From: Eledone cirrhosa
Lineage: Eukaryota
Direction: 5' to 3'
Length of the DNA stretch: 64,000 nt
Assembly (NCBI GenBank): GCA_964016885.1
Contig: OZ024741.1
Coordinates: forward strand, 21,328,001-21,392,000
The position numbers and the translations under genes were made by a program. Below, piece after piece: positions 63,242 to 64,000 of the stretch; positions within the stretch are counted from its first letter, which is position 1; the number at the start of each line of letters is the position of its first letter. Under the pieces are notes generated by a model. That model was not told the origin of the DNA, ran no database searches, and saw nothing but the letters and a program-made list of their open reading frames with translations.

Positions 63242-63302
63242 CCAATATACTCATACCAGTTTCCTTGTAATTCAACATTTCATTTTGAATCTCATTCAAA
63301 AC
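63242..63302 (-). CDS. PSAT1: Phosphoserine aminotransferase exon (61 nt); the upstream start exon is outside the window
   Basis: VLNEIQNEMLNYKETGMSIL(E), matching recalled human [21 protein letters not shown]; AAG acceptor, GTGAGT donor. No NFGPGPA-type exon seen in 63303-64000. Confidence 0.93.
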
Positions 63303-63337
63303 CTTCAAGACAATAACAAGATTATATAAGACATGAT

Positions 63338-63500
63338 GGCAGCAAATTATCAGAGTTGTTAAAACATTGGATAGAATGATATGTGGTATTTGTTCTGGCT
63401 CTCAGATGTCTCAGTTCAAATCCAGTCGAGGTCAACTTTGCTTTTCATCTATTCAAGGTCTTAAAAAAGTACCAGTCATGTATTGGTGTAGATTCTTCCT
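63338..63500 (+). mobile_element. Degenerate tRNA-derived SINE
   Basis: CAGTTCAAATCCAGTCGAGGTCAACTTTGCTTTTCATC..AAGTACCAGTC. Confidence 0.7.
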
Positions 63501-63540
63501 CTGTAACTCTTTCTCACTTCCATGATTTACACAATAAACA

Positions 63541-63965
63541 CACCCAGTACACACTGTAAAGTGGTTGGTGATAGGAAGGGCATTCAGTCAGAGAAAACTT
63601 GCAAGAGAAAGGGTTGAGAGGACCCTGTAATTGTGTGAAGGGCATGACAACTTCCCTAATGTTGATGATTTATATGATAAATGCATCCAGTACATACTGT
63701 AAAGTGGTTGCTGATAGGAAGGGCATCCAGTCATACAATACTTGCCAAACAACAGGATTGGGAGGGCCCTCAGTTGTCTCAAAGGCATGGCAACCTCTCC
63801 TCAGCACTTGATGAAGCATGGGACTGTACATAAGTACACAGGTCCCTGGCTTGCCTGGGAGATTGGTGGCTCTGCTTCAGGACTGACTTGGTCTATATAG
63901 ACCCATCCAACTCTTGCTAGCAGGGAAAGCAGATGTTAAAATAACAATGATGATGATGATGGTGA
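63541..63965 (+). mobile_element. RTE-tailed non-autonomous repeat
   Basis: Homologous to 45660-46015; ends TTGCTAGCAGGGAAAGCAGATGTTAAAA..(GAT)n. Confidence 0.75.
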
Positions 63966-64000
63966 TGTTGTTGTTGTTGTTACAGCTCACACCTATGCAC

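Noticed and set aside
63303-64000. PSAT1 first exon or promoter
   Set aside because: No ATG-initiated NFxxGPAxLP-like segment was found; the region is SINE/RTE-tail sequence, so exon 1 must lie beyond the window.

Overview
Eukaryotic, repeat-rich genomic DNA, most likely a cephalopod (Octopus-like, inferred from the SINE/RTE families). Bases 1-35225 are one uninterrupted 53-bp satellite array (~665 monomers, open at the left edge) with clear higher-order block duplications. The monomer and the sequence right after the array translate into a decayed HERO/NeSL-type (restriction-like endonuclease) non-LTR retrotransposon ORF, so the satellite appears to have been amplified in place from a short piece of that ORF. 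Bases 35.2-45 kb hold decayed elements (HERO-like, RTE, RTE-X, CRE-like, CR1, SINEs, foldbacks). Bases 45097-63302 carry nine minus-strand coding exons (1065 nt, in phase, all GT-AG) of phosphoserine aminotransferase (PSAT1/serC); the first exon lies beyond the window. Its introns contain SINEs, LINE fragments, MITEs, a Penelope fragment with a hammerhead-like motif, long inverted repeats and several TE-derived minisatellites. All family assignments come from reading and recalled motifs, not from database searches.
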